Origin: Octopus vulgaris
Taxonomy: Eukaryota
DNA: 64,000 nucleotides
Assembly (NCBI GenBank): GCA_951406725.2
Contig: OX597827.1
Coordinates: 40,052,001 to 40,116,000 of the forward strand
Direction of reading: 5' to 3'
Position numbers and translations under genes: made by a program. Shown piece after piece: positions 25,491-38,208 of this stretch. The number at the start of each line of letters is the position of its first letter. Position 1 is the first letter of the stretch. A model generated the notes under the pieces. It made no database searches and was not told the origin of the DNA. It saw only the letters and a program-made list of their open reading frames with translations.

Positions 25491-26149
25491 TACAAAGAAC
25501 ATAAAACTATTAGTATGTGAAGTACATTTTGGGGCCCACTTTACTGCTGAGTGGATGGTAGCAAGGAGGGTTAAGTATCTGGGCCTTGGATGGCTACAGC
25601 ACAGCTGTGTGATCGACAGGATGCTGATCCTAGACTCTTTCCCTACACACACACACTTCTCAGCAATTGATTTGTTCACCATTCACCATCTTTATTAAGT
25701 CAGTCATCCACCACAGCACTCTGATAAAAAGAGACCAGATGAAATACAGTGGAGATGAGGCGAAGAACACAAAGAGCAACAAGACAGTATATATACTACT
25801 ACCAAAAGACTACAGGAAGTTGAGGGCATGATCAGGAATCAGGTTATATGGTTAAATCAGAGATAGGAAGAAGGAAAAGTCACTCACAGATGACATGCAA
25901 TACAATGACCTTTTACGTTGTGTCACTGTTTGATTATATCTTACTGTTGTCTAGGCAAAAAACAAAAAAAAAAAATTAGCTATACTCGGTTAATTCAACC
26001 TCAGAATGTTGCTTCCTATGTTCTGAGGATTTTATTATTTTTATTTATTAATTTTTTTTAAGGGTTAGTTTTATTTCCATGTTTACTATGTAACACTTAA
26101 AGCAAGTTCCTTCTGTGGTAGAAGCTTGAAGCATGGGTCTATCAAAACT

Positions 26150-26570
26150 TGTGTATGAAATTTGGCATAAATAATATACTGAGTGAAAGAAAGCTCATCA
26201 GAAGAACAGTTTTTGTTTTGGCTTGTAGAAGATAAAGACCCCCTTTGGTCATGAATGACCATGGGATTGCACCTAGAAAGTTCCCCTCCGAGGCACAAGT
26301 CTGAACAAATTTGTTTATGGAAAACCAGTAGTTGCCCATGCATACCAGCTTCCCCTCATCACACCACTGATGTTATCCAAGGGAAAAGCAGAGGTCAATA
26401 CAGCTTGGCACCAGTGATATCACAACTCATTTCTACAGCTGAGTGAACAGGAGTAACATGAAATAAAGTGTCTTGCTCAAGAACACAACACACAGCCCGG
26501 TCCAGAAATCAAACTCACTACCTCATGATTGTGAGCCCAACACTCTAGCCACTGAGCCAAGTGCCTTTGG
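26150..26570 (-). mobile_element. tRNA-derived SINE (family E-like head, distinct body)
   Basis: Minus strand ggcacttggctcagtggctagagtg...gagtttgatttc...gtgttcttgagcaagacactttatttca. Confidence 0.75.
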
Positions 26571-27481
26571 CTGGTAGTCCTTAATCCATCATCCAGTTTA
26601 ACACATTTAACACCACTACCTGGCCCCTTGACTCTTGAGTGCCTTTAGCAGAACCCACTCTGTTGTAACAATTTGCACTTTGGTCACTGATTCTATATTA
26701 ACTATCTTGCTTCCTGCAACAAGTCTTGGACACTCTGAAAGGATACATGAGCAATAACCTTTTGAAGATCTGGTACCTATTCATGACAGCTAGACTGTTG
26801 TTATAGTTGTTGTTGTTGTCATTTAGTATCAGGTTACCTCTAGATGAATGGACCTATGATAAAAGATCTTTAAACTGTGACAGTCTCATCTTTTTGTGCA
26901 GATGACCAATGTGAAAGATTCATTGGTCATCTGCACTGATTTATGTCATCCACATTAATTGATACCGTTTAAGAGCTGGAGGTTGTATCTTAATCTTTTA
27001 CTTATTTTAGTCATTAGATTGTGGCCATGCTGGGATCAAAGGCTTATGACAGTCAACCCCAGAACTTTTTTTTCTTAAGCCCGGTACTTATTTTATTGGT
27101 CAATTTTGTTGAACTGCTAAGTTACAGCAGTCAAGCAGTGGGGAGTAGGGGGTTGTCAAGCAGTGGGGAGTAGGGGGGACAAACATAGACACAAAGACAC
27201 ACATACGACAGGCTTTTCCATCTACCAAATCCATTCACAAGGCTTTGGTCACCCTGAGGCTAAAGCAGAAGACACTTGCCCAAGGTGTCACACAGCGAGA
27301 CAATCCAGAACCATATCATCTGGGGCTAAAAATCAAGCTTCTTACCACACAGCCACACCTGCACTTACAGGGTGTTATTTCAGGGAAATTCGGTTACCAA
27401 TACTAGCAAGAAGCTCCCTCAGTAAGACTGTGACCACTACATGATGAATGAAAGCAATGTAAAATTATGTTTTGCTCCCCT

Positions 27482-27729
27482 TTAACCTTTTCACTGTGAA
27501 ATTAAATTTCAAGTTTATTCCAGTAAATGATGTTAAATATCTGCCAAAAATAGAATTGCTATTTTCTGCAAGTCACGTTGCTGCAGTAAACTTCACATAT
27601 CTCAACAGAAAATAGTTTCAAATATGACATTCCTCAATAAAAGATAGATTGATATATAAACTACTTTACACAGTTAAAGGTAATGAAATTTTAAGTGTAT
27701 ATATTTAATTTCTGCAGGAAAAGGGTTAA
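27482..27729. mobile_element. piggyBac-type MITE, second family
   Basis: TTAA at both ends; imperfect TIR ccttttcactgtgaaattaaat / atttaatttctgcaggaaaaggg. Confidence 0.75.
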
Positions 27730-28227
27730 ATGCATATACACAGCGGAATGTTTGCAGCTTTTTAGAACTGATAAAGGAAGGGGAGGGGAGATATTTTTAC
27801 GCTTATCCACTCAGCCATCTTGACCCTACAGTCAATTCAGATTCATAGAAACTGACCCTGTTGCACGCACATGAACACACACACACACACACACACACGT
27901 CGATGTAATTTCTATTTCATCTAGTGTTTCTAGATGAGTTTATAAATTCTAAATTGCAGAATAATTCATCAGTAAAGCAGTTTGACCGGAAATTGAAGGG
28001 ACGTAAGTTCAAGTCTCAAGGCTGGTTACTGACAGATTTTTCTGCTCTGTAAGGATTTTATCCTATATATGCTGTTCTATCAGTACTTACGCATTGAAAA
28101 AATATATCTTTCTACTTGTACTAAAATACATTTTAGCACTTCAAAAACAAATTTGTTTGTTTACATATGAAGTAATATAAATACATATAATATATACATA
28201 TATAAGTACATATATATTTATATGATT

Positions 28228-28725
28228 TGATTTGATTTAGTTTCAGCTCATGAGTTGTGGCCATGTTGGGGCACCACCATTTGGTGTTGCTATATAATTT
28301 TACTTCACTAATTCTTTTTAGAAATTGAGGTTTGGTGCATGAGGGAGTTTGATACCACTGCCCTGATCTACACTTCCTGCTGTGAAGTTGGTTAATCTGG
28401 GACACTTGATAGTAAGAGGTCAAGTTTTGTTTTGAAGACACTTACATCCACCCCATGTAGGTCTCTCAGGTCCTTCAGGAGGATATTGAAGAGCTGTAAG
28501 CCTTTAAAGCCCAGGCTGTTGCAATATCTTGTCCTATATCTTGATGGCAAAGTTGGAGTCTTTGGCACTATGTAGTGGCACCCTGTTCTAGCATTAATGT
28601 AAGTCTAAATGCCAAAGTTTGGGACAAGTCTCTCTAGGATCTTACAGATGTATATTATGGCATATCTTTCCCACCTACACTCTAGGGAATAGAGTCTCAA
28701 TCTCTTGAGTCTTTCCCAGTAGCTT
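28228..28725 (-). mobile_element. CR1/L2-like LINE 3' fragment
   Basis: Minus strand encodes SYWERLKRLRLYSLECRWERYAIIYICKIL.. and ends in ccccaacatggccacaactcatgagctgaaac. Confidence 0.85.
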
Positions 28726-29310
28726 ACTGCTCCCAGCTATGGTCACCCAACAGTGTAAAATTAACAGTGGACTTTGAAGCAATCCAATGAAGCTTCATGA
28801 AGAAGATGGTCTCATTGCAACAGGTCAGCTACTGGGAAAAGCTGAAACAGCTAAGACTCTACTCCCTGGAGCAAAGGCAGGAGAGGTATGCAGTAATATA
28901 CATCTGGAAGATCCTAAAAGGAATTGTGCCAAAATTTTGGCATTGAAAGCTACACCAATGCTGGAATAGGTCGACACTGCACAGTGCCAAAGATCCCAGC
29001 AATGCCATCGTGCTTCAGGACCAGTTACTGCAACAGCTTGGGTTTCAGAGGCCCACAGCTTTTTAATATTCTCCCAAAGAGCCTGAGGGACCTACACAAA
29101 GTGGATGTAGGTGTTTTCAAATCAAAACTGGACCTCTTCGTGTTAAGAGTCCCAGATGAACCTACCTCACAGCAGGAGGTGCAAATGAGGGTAGTGACAT
29201 CAAACTCCCTTATTCATCAAATTCCACATATTAGAGGAGGCCCTCAATAATAACAGTGTAGCAAAACAGTGGCACCCCAGCATGGCCATAGCTCTGAGCT
29301 GAAACTAAAA
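28726..29310 (+). mobile_element. CR1/L2-like LINE 3' fragment
   Basis: YCSQLWSP..YWEKLKQLRLYSLEQRQERYAVIYIWKILKGIVP, then ORF 28924-29250 (RGPQLFNILP..FKSKLD..VPDEP..SNSL); tail ccccagcatggcc...ctgaaac. Confidence 0.9.
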
Positions 29311-29824
29311 AATATATATATATAAGCATATGCACAATGGTGTGTGTGTGTGTCTGTCTGTCTTCTATACATACACCTTCAATAAAATCGTCTGAACAGG
29401 TCTTAACGTGATTCCAGAATCTATTATTGTTTCTCTATTATGTAATGTTTTCAGTAATTTCTGGCTGACGTAAATAATCATTCTCACAGCCATTCATTTA
29501 CACACACAACTACATATATCATCATCATCATATACATATATACATATATATATATATACACAAGCCAGCTAGCAAGTTTTTACAAAGTCATTTTGACCTG
29601 TTATAAACAGTTGACAAAAACCTACGAGTCACACCCTATTTTCTTTAAAAAAAAGGAACGATACAATGGATAATATATATCTAGAAATAATAATATGTCT
29701 GAATAAAAGATAGAATGATCATGGTTGGAATGTCTTTGATCAAAGGTTTGCTCAGTTCGGGCTAAGCAAAACTATGGTCCCGACCTTCCAGTCATGACAG
29801 ATAAACAACACATGCCATACACAC

Positions 29825-30312
29825 GCACCAGTGATGGTGCCATGTAAAATGCACCAGTGATGGCACCGCAAAAAAAGCACCAATGATAGTGCAACATAAA
29901 AGGTACTGTTAATGACGCCATGTCAAAGGCACCAGTCATGTAAAAAGCACCAGTGTTGGTGCCACATAAAAAGCACCGGTGATGGTGCCATGTAAAAAGC
30001 ACTGGTGATGGTGCCTTATAAAAAGTACCGATGATGGTGCCACATAAAAAGCACCAGTGATGGTGCCATATAAAAAGTATTGTTAATGTGCCACATAAAA
30101 AGCACTGGCTATAGTGCCGCATAAAAAGCACTGGTGTTGGTGCCATATAAAAAGCACTGGTAATGGTGCTACATAAAGAGTACTGATGATAGTGCCATGT
30201 AAAAAACACCAGTGATGGTGCCATGTAAAAAGCACCAGTGATAGTGTCACATAAAAAGCACTGATTATGGTGCTGCATAAAAAGCCCTGGTGTTGGTTCC
30301 ACGTAAAAGCAC
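29825..30312 (+). repeat. 26-bp minisatellite (gcaccagtgatggtgccaYRtaaaaa), about 18-19 copies, directly upstream of a family C element
   Basis: Directly visible tandem units running into aaagcacccagtaca of family C (30305-30485). Confidence 0.93.
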
Positions 30313-31092
30313 CCAGTACATTCAGTAAAGCAGATGACGTTAGGAAGGGCATCCAACCATAGAAACAATGCCAAAACAGACAATGGTGTCTTGTGCAGCC
30401 CTGGCCTTGCCAGCTCATGTCAGACTGTCCAATCCATGCCAACCCATGCCAGCATGGAAAACAGACATTAATGATGATGATGATATGCCTATGTACACAT
30501 ATACATATGCCTATGTACACATATACATATGCTTACATATATGTTTGTACCCATGTGCATGCATGCACACACACACACACACACACACATTTAAACGTAT
30601 ACATAGATGCATTCTTATTTCATTTTACTACTACTACCACCATGTATCACTTCTCAAATTCCTTTCTTACATTAACAAAGAGCAGTTTGTTGGTGATTGA
30701 TGTTAAACAAGGTGGTGGTGTATACTCCAAGAACTGAAACAGTCTTTCTGGCAAGCATCCACAAAGTCTCCATCAACTAAACATCTATTGTAGTTATGGA
30801 TCTCTCCTAAAAACAACAAAATAGTTAAATTCTCTTCTGATTTCAATACCCCACCAAGAAGTCTAAGTTGTTGCAGTTTAACTTCCACACCAGTTCTTTT
30901 TTGTTTTTCTGCAAAACGATAGACTCAGCTAAAGGTAGTCAATTAACACAGTTTTTAGAGCATCAGCTAGAATGCTTTACATTATTTGTTCCAGATCTGT
31001 GAGTTCAAATCCTACCAAAGTCATTTCAGGTCAACAGATGAAGCACCAGTCAAGTATTGGGATTAATTAATATCTATCTTTAATGCTTCTTT

Positions 31093-31132
<40 letters not shown>

Positions 31133-32035
31133 ACACTCACACACACATACACACACACACATACACACACTTTCTCTCCAGAAGAAATCAGCTGATTAGA
31201 CCCAGAAAAGAATGGACTCTATCAGGTTTGAAATTCAGCTATCAGGAGTTGAAAACTTCATCACCACCACCATCCATCCATCAATATATCCAAGGGCCAG
31301 GCAGTGGTCTTGAACCAAGTGGCAGATCAAGTCTACCCCCTTGTAGGTCATGACAAGATTTGAACTCAGAAATCAAAGTGGCAGAAGAAATGTCACAAAG
31401 CATCCTTTATGACACTTTAATGTTTCTGCCAATCCACAGTCCCTAGAAAGATAAAAGGCAAAGTTGACCTTGGTGAAATCTGAACTCAGAATTGTAAGTG
31501 TCTGAATAAATACTGCATGGCATGTCACCTAACACTGTTACTTTTTTTGAAATACACTAAAAAAATAAGGAAGAATTTAGTAAAATAACTGTCATTATTA
31601 AGATGATGTAAGGTGATGAGCTGGCAGAATTAGTACGCCAGACACAATACTTAGTAGCATTTTATCTGTAAATGCTGTATTCAAATTCCACTAAGGTGAA
31701 CTTTGCCTTTCATCTTTTCACGGTCAATGTAATTAGCACCAGCTGAGCACTCCCCACAAAAATCTCAGACCTTGTGCCGGTAGCAGAAAGGATTATTAAG
31801 ATAATGTTTAAGGCAGCAAGCTAGCAAAATTATTATAGCATCATGTAAAATTCCTAGCAGCATTTTTTTTTTTTTTGATTCATTACATTCTGAGTTCAAA
31901 TTCCATGAAAGTCAGCTCTGCCTTTTATCTCTCGTGTACCAGTCAAAAGTGCCAAAATTTGAAACCGGCATCAAGATAATGTTTGGAATGTAAATTAACA
32001 TGAAATTTTTATGTAAAGTTTTAATTTAAATCATT

Positions 32036-32259
32036 TTAATCCTTTTGATGCCAACTCGGCTGAAACTGCCTCTGGCTCTGAGTACAAATGTCTTGTTTTC
32101 ATAAGCTTTGAAATAAAATCTTCCACCAAACCTTAGTCACAATTTAAGTTTCTAATACTAGCTTAATAACTAAGTTATTATACTGAATTTTTTGTTATAT
32201 TTAAAATTAATTGAAATGAATACAGCGTGTGTAAATAAATATGGTATCAAAAGGGTTAA
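32036..32259 (+). mobile_element. piggyBac-type MITE, copy 3 (variant TIR)
   Basis: TTAA at 32036-32039 and 32256-32259; body homologous to 3390-3609. Confidence 0.88.
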
Positions 32260-32534
32260 AGCTGGAAGTTTGAATCATAAAACCAGGAGCAATCTCAGGT
32301 GGTATATATATATATATAATATGAGGGAATATTATTCCAAACTTACAAAGAAAAATTTAATTTAGAAATACTAAATCAAATATATATATAAAGTTTCCCA
32401 TCTGTCACCTGTTACATTTAACACTTTGTATGATCCAAGGTGTGCTCTTAACCATTCTGTCTTAAATTTTTCTTTTTAGGTATATTATTATATCTTGAAC
32501 TACGTTGTTCAATATTTTCTTAAAAGACTATCTG

Positions 32535-33068
32535 CTGGGAGGCAATGACAAGCGATTGAGACCTTTCAAGATATGCTATACTTGAGAAGATCCATCAAGC
32601 CAAGCGAGATCATGGTTGTAGCCAATGCTAGTGTCACATAACTGGCCTGTTAAAAGCACGCTTTCAATCGTTGGGTGATATGCTGTACTTGTGAAGACCT
32701 GTTAAACTGAGTGAAATCATAGTCATGGCTGATGCCAGTGCCATCTGACTGGCACATAAAAATCACCATTCAAACATTGGGCCTCATGGAGAGAGTGACA
32801 GGTGACCAAGACCTTTGGCAATATAATATGCTGGTGTAGCTCTGTCAAGCCAAGTGAGACCGTAGTTGTGGCCAATGCTGGTATCATGCCAGTGGTACGT
32901 AAAAAACACCAGCTACATTCTTGGGGTGGTTGGCATTAGGAAGGGTATACAGCCATAAAAACCTTGCAAAATCAGATCGGAACCTGGTGCAGCCCACCAG
33001 CGTACCAGTTTTCAGTCAAACCATCCAACCCATGCCAACATGGAAAGTTGACGTTAAATGATGATGAC
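32535..33068 (+). mobile_element. Family C long form with internally repeated 5' units
   Basis: Repeated caagccaag..gagatc..gt.gtggccaatgc units followed by the family C 3' end and (GAT)n; similar at 35000-35348. Confidence 0.7.
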
Positions 33069-33800
33069 AGCCAACAATATAGTAACCTCTGCCTTATTAA
33101 CACAAAGTAGACTAAATTGCCAAGGTACATGTGGACAACATAGCTCAGACCAATGTCCAGCGACACTTTCTCCATGAGGATAGTTGAATTCTAACTATGA
33201 ACCCAGCCATTTGTGGCTCCTGCTGTTTCCAGATATAGGCAACAAAGCAGCTGATCCTTAATGGCCAAGGTACATATCTACACTCCCTACCATTACATGC
33301 ACAATCGCCTCTAAAACAAACACATGTAGAAGATACATGTGGGACATGCCAGAACATTACTACAATACTAAGAACACTATCACTCTCACACACACACGCA
33401 CATTCTGCAATTCATTCTTCTTGGGTAAATAAAATAAAATACCAGACAGCAAATACTGAAGGCCGACACCCTATCTCATACCCCTCTCTTTCAGAATCAG
33501 CTGCAGGATGTGGGAGACTACTTGCATCGTATGTTGCCCTCAAGAAATGGAGAAATGTTGAGCAAGGAACATGTAGCATGCATGCTACAACAACTTTCCA
33601 AAGAAACCTGAGGTGGCAGGCAGGAGATAGGAACAGACCAATTTGTTGTAGGGCATGGAATTATATATGTATGAATACACACACACACACACACACGTGC
33701 AAACACATGCATACACACAATATGTATGTATCGCACTTTTGTATCTAATGACCCAATCAAATTTAATTAAGCATCTTCAACCCCTATTCTGTAACCATTG

Positions 33801-33840
<40 letters not shown>

Positions 33841-34687
33841 CCATTCTCTCTTTTCATTCAAAAACCCTTATTCACAAGCCCCCTCCTTTTATTTCCCTTA
33901 TCTCCCTTTCTTTCTTTTTCTTTTCATCTTCCTGTCTGCCTTTCTCTCTCTCTTTCTGTGACTTTATTTTAACCCAATCCCTAAATTCCCCAAGCTATTC
34001 CCCCTTCTTCAATCATTCTCTTTCTCTCAATTTATCTAATCTTTCTATCTCTATCTATCTGTCTCTTAGTATTATGCAAAACTTTCACATCCCTACACAA
34101 ACATGCAACCACCACCATCACCATCATCATAACAACTGCTGGCTGATTCTCACCATCACATTCTAAGACTGCCTTGGTCTCAGTTACTTCAGCTGCTCTC
34201 ATATTTCCACTTTCCCACAAAATGTATAATTCTCAGCAGACATGTAATACAACTGAGCAAGCAACAATTGCAGCAACAATAGCAACAACAACAATAACAA
34301 CTAAAGAAGCAGAGGCTGTAGCAACGTTTGCCTCACAAAGTTCCTGCATCCCCACTAAGTTACAAGGGGGAAGGAAATCAAATTTTAACCAAAGCAAAAA
34401 CCAAATAAACAAAGAGAAAATAAAGTGGAATCATCATCATCATCCTCATCATCATTTAATATCTGGCATGGGTTGGACAATTTGACAGAAGCTAATAAGC
34501 CAAAGGACTGCTCCAAGTTCCACTGGCTACTTTAGCATGCTTTTTACAGCTGGATGCCCTTCCTAACACCAACCACTTTACTAGAGATTAGATAGCTAGC
34601 TAAATAGATAGATAGCTAGATGGATGGATGGATATGATTTGGTTTGCAAGATTCCTTATGTGAGTTCGTGTGTTGAAGCATATTCTG

Positions 34688-34945
34688 TTGTATCTGGGGA
34701 GAGTCCTTTTCTTTTTGTGCCTTATAATTTAACACACTCACCGGTAAAATTTCCACTTATTTCTTATTTTTATTTTCCTAAAATTTTCGTTGCGTCTTGC
34801 AACCTTTTCAAGTCAAGACTATTGATAAGGTTACAAGATACAATGAAAATTTTAGGAAAATAAAAATAAGAAATAAGTGGAAATTTTACCGGTGAGTATG
34901 TTAAATTAGAAGGCACAAAAAGAAAATGACTCTCCCCAGACACAA
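34688..34945. repeat. Long fold-back palindrome (~125-bp arms) of a Penelope-terminal-like repeat
   Basis: 34688-34811 is the near-perfect reverse complement of 34822-34945; the same family occurs at 42101-42325. Confidence 0.9.
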
Positions 34946-34947
34946 GA

Positions 34948-34995
<48 letters not shown>

Positions 34996-35352
34996 TGGGC
35001 GCCTCACTGAGGAAATGACAAAGGACCAGGAGTTGTGGTGATTTACTGCACTTGAGAAGACACATCAAGCTAAGTAAAATCACTATCATCTATACATTCA
35101 GGTTTGTCCTTTACAGGTACCAGTGCCACATAAAATGCACTCATGCCAGTGTTGTGTAAGTGCACCCATGGTAGTGGCACATAAAAAGTACCCAGCACAC
35201 TCTGTAAAGTGGTTGGTGTTAAGAAGGGCATTCTGGTGTAGAAGTCATGTCACAACAGACAGACAGTTCCCCAACTGACCAGCTCCTGTTAAACTGTCCA
35301 ACCTATGCCAGCATGGAAAACAGATGTTAAACAATGGTGATGATGATCATAT

Positions 35353-35416
<64 letters not shown>

Positions 35417-35980
35417 ACAAAGAAAAATGGACGTTGACATCATCATTATTTAACATCCATTTTCTCAACATTGCACAACTAATAAACCAATATTAAGAAC
35501 TTCATCTGTATTGTTGTTCATCTCATTACATTCGGATAATTTGCTATGAGCCTGGAGTTTGGATATTTCTCAGAGTATGTGTAGAAAATAAAATAAAACA
35601 TGAAAAATTGTTTACAAGATATTTAGTTACACCAGCTTACTTTTATTTCATTAACACAGAGTGATTATTAGTTATATAAGGTAAATTATATAATCAAGAC
35701 TTATTGTCAACTCATTAGAGATGTGTAACCTTTATACATAACATTATTTAATAATACTAAGAAAAACGATTTCAAATTTATGCACAAGGCCAGCAATTTT
35801 AGGGAAGGGGTGGGATTAGTTGATTACATTGACCCCAATACACATTCTGTATTGGAGTCAATGTAGTTTTGTTTCCCTCTTGCTTACAAACATTGCTTTT
35901 ACAAACATTTTGAATCATATTTCTTTGTATGGTATATTGCTGTATGAAACTGGCACTCTGGTTACAACAGCAGCTGTAGT

Positions 35981-36165
35981 GGAGGCTCAATGGCCCAGTG
36001 GTTAGGGCAGTGGACTCACGGTCGTAAGAACACGGTTTCAATTCCCAGACCAGGCATTGTGAGTGTTTATTGAGCAAAAACACTTAAGCTCTACAAGGCT
36101 CCAGCAGGGAAGGGTGGTGAACCCCACTGTACTCTTTCACCACAACTTTCTCTCACTCTTTCTTC
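35981..36165 (+). mobile_element. SINE family F, 5' part
   Basis: Matches 9443-9580. Confidence 0.8.
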
Positions 36166-36439
36166 ATACTTCTGCCACAAAGCAGAGTAACCATGGTGTA
36201 ACCCACTATGGTGTAGTAAACTTTCAGACCCTAGTCTAGATTGTGAATCTACTGTACCCCAGGATGGTTCAGCTCTCCACCCGTTAAAAGCCACTGTTTA
36301 CAGAATGAGGATAACAATGTAGCTTTCGAGCCCGTGCAACCACCAGTCTATCGCATGTAGTGGGTGGATCTTCAAGTTGCCACACGCATTCTTAGTAGCT
36401 TAGAATAGGCTTGAATTAGAGATTATTCTTTGTGGCTAA

Positions 36440-36884
36440 GAAATGGTCTGGGGAGCAATTTGCAGCAATGGTTGATCAGAGCTGGTGGAATGCAAGGAAA
36501 ACATAAACTCAGATAAATATGTATCCATGTTGCAGAAAGGACTCCTTCCAATCTTCTCCAGTGGTGAAATGATTAAAGAAGATTCTTTATTTATTTTTGT
36601 CACATGGCTAACTTGACCCAAGATTTGTTGGATGAGAATGACATTAAAAAACTTCCATGACCAAACCAGTCACCAGATATGAACCCTATTAAACACTTCT
36701 GGAATATAATGGACAGGATACTTCATAAAAAGAACAAGAAAGCATCTTCAAAGCCAGATCTTTTGAGATTACAGCATAAAACTTAGCAAGAAATTCTGCA
36801 AGAGAATATTCGTCATCTCATCAGTAACATGTTTAATGGGGTCCTTTCATTGAAAAAAGCAAAGGGCATGTCTATTAAATATTA
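36440..36884 (+). pseudogene. Tc1-family (DD34E-type) transposase C-terminal remnant
   Basis: MVWGAICSNG..NSDKYVSMLQKGLLP; LP*PNQSPDMNPIKHFW (cf. WPxQSPDLNPIEHxW); ends KKAKGMSIKY*. Confidence 0.88.
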
Positions 36885-37801
36885 AATATTCACATTATAA
36901 CAATTAATTAATAATTTGAATGTATAATTTCAGACTTAAATAAATTTTAATGATTATATTTATTTCTGTCGCGATGTGTATATTAAGTGCTAAGACTGGG
37001 TTGTTAATATCACTATAACCAAGCAAAATCTTAACATGTATGCATGTGTGTGTGTGTGTGTGCATGCGTGCAAGTATGTGTGTGTGCACATATGGATACA
37101 CACATGCATGTGTGTGTGTGTGTGTGTGTGTACTGACAAACACATAGCAGAAAGACTGACTTAGCTGTGGATTGAATCATCAAGATTTAAAACTGAACCA
37201 GGACACATGTGCTCAAAAAGCAGACAAACATATAGATAAAGCCTATTACTGTCATTGTAAACAGAGACATATTTATGTATGTGTGCATGTGTGTGTGTGT
37301 GTGTACATGTGCACGTGTATCATAGATACACACCTGTACCTAAAGATGCCTATAAGTATAACTGCACACAAAAAAATCCTACAATCTGCAAACACACACA
37401 CGCACAGGTAAATGGACACAAATGTGCACAAAACATGCACACGAGACAGAAGCAAGGACAAAAATATTCAGATACACACAGAAAACAAATATACACACAA
37501 TGTCACACATGCATGTACTCAGGGTGAGAGATTAAATATTATTATAATACATTTATTTACATCTATGGGCAGCAAAAAAAAAATGTTGCCACACCCATTC
37601 AGAACATCTGGCTAATTGTGTAAATGTTGTGATGGATATTACCAAATATCATGCAGCAATTTATAAAACTGTATATGTTTGTGTTGTAGTAGTAGTTTAG
37701 CTGCAAGTCAAACCTGATCTAACAGGCCTATGATCAAAGACTTTCCAACCGTGACCATTCCATTTCCTTGTTTTGGTTTAGTTTGAATTTTTTGTGTGTA
37801 T

Positions 37802-38208
37802 ACTCTTTTACTCTTTTACTTGTTTCAGTCATTTGACTGCGGCCATGCTGGAGCACCGCCTTTAGTCGAGCAAATCGACCCCGGGACTTATTCTTTGTAA
37901 GCCCAGTACTTATTCTATCAGTCTCTTTTGCCGAACCACTAAGTTACGGGGACGTAAACACACCAGCATCGGTTGTCAAGCAATGCTAGGGGACAAACAC
38001 AGACACACAAACACACACACATACATATATATATACATATATACGACAGGCTTCTTTTTCAGTTTCCGTCTACCAAATCCACTCACAAGGCATTGGTCGG
38101 CCCGGGGCTATAGCAGAAGACACTTGCCCAAGATGTCACGCAGTGGGACTGAACCTGGAACCATGTGGTTGTTTAGCAAGCTATTTACCACACAGCCACT
38201 CCTGCGCC
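37802..38208 (-). mobile_element. SINE family A, full length, young
   Basis: Reverse complement is near-identical to 53006-53432. Confidence 0.92.

Noticed and set aside
27798-27830. tRNA-Leu-like 5' end or mini-exon on the minus strand (ggtcaagatggctgagtggataagcg)
   Set aside because: Only an A-box-like fragment with no B box or cloverleaf, and the donor site is weak.
29825-30312. CRISPR-like array of palindromic repeats
   Set aside because: Units are head-to-tail with no unique spacers, there are no cas genes, the context is eukaryotic and the unit belongs to retroposon family C.
29772-30383. 203-aa repetitive ORF
   Set aside because: Translation of the 26-bp minisatellite; no coding evidence.
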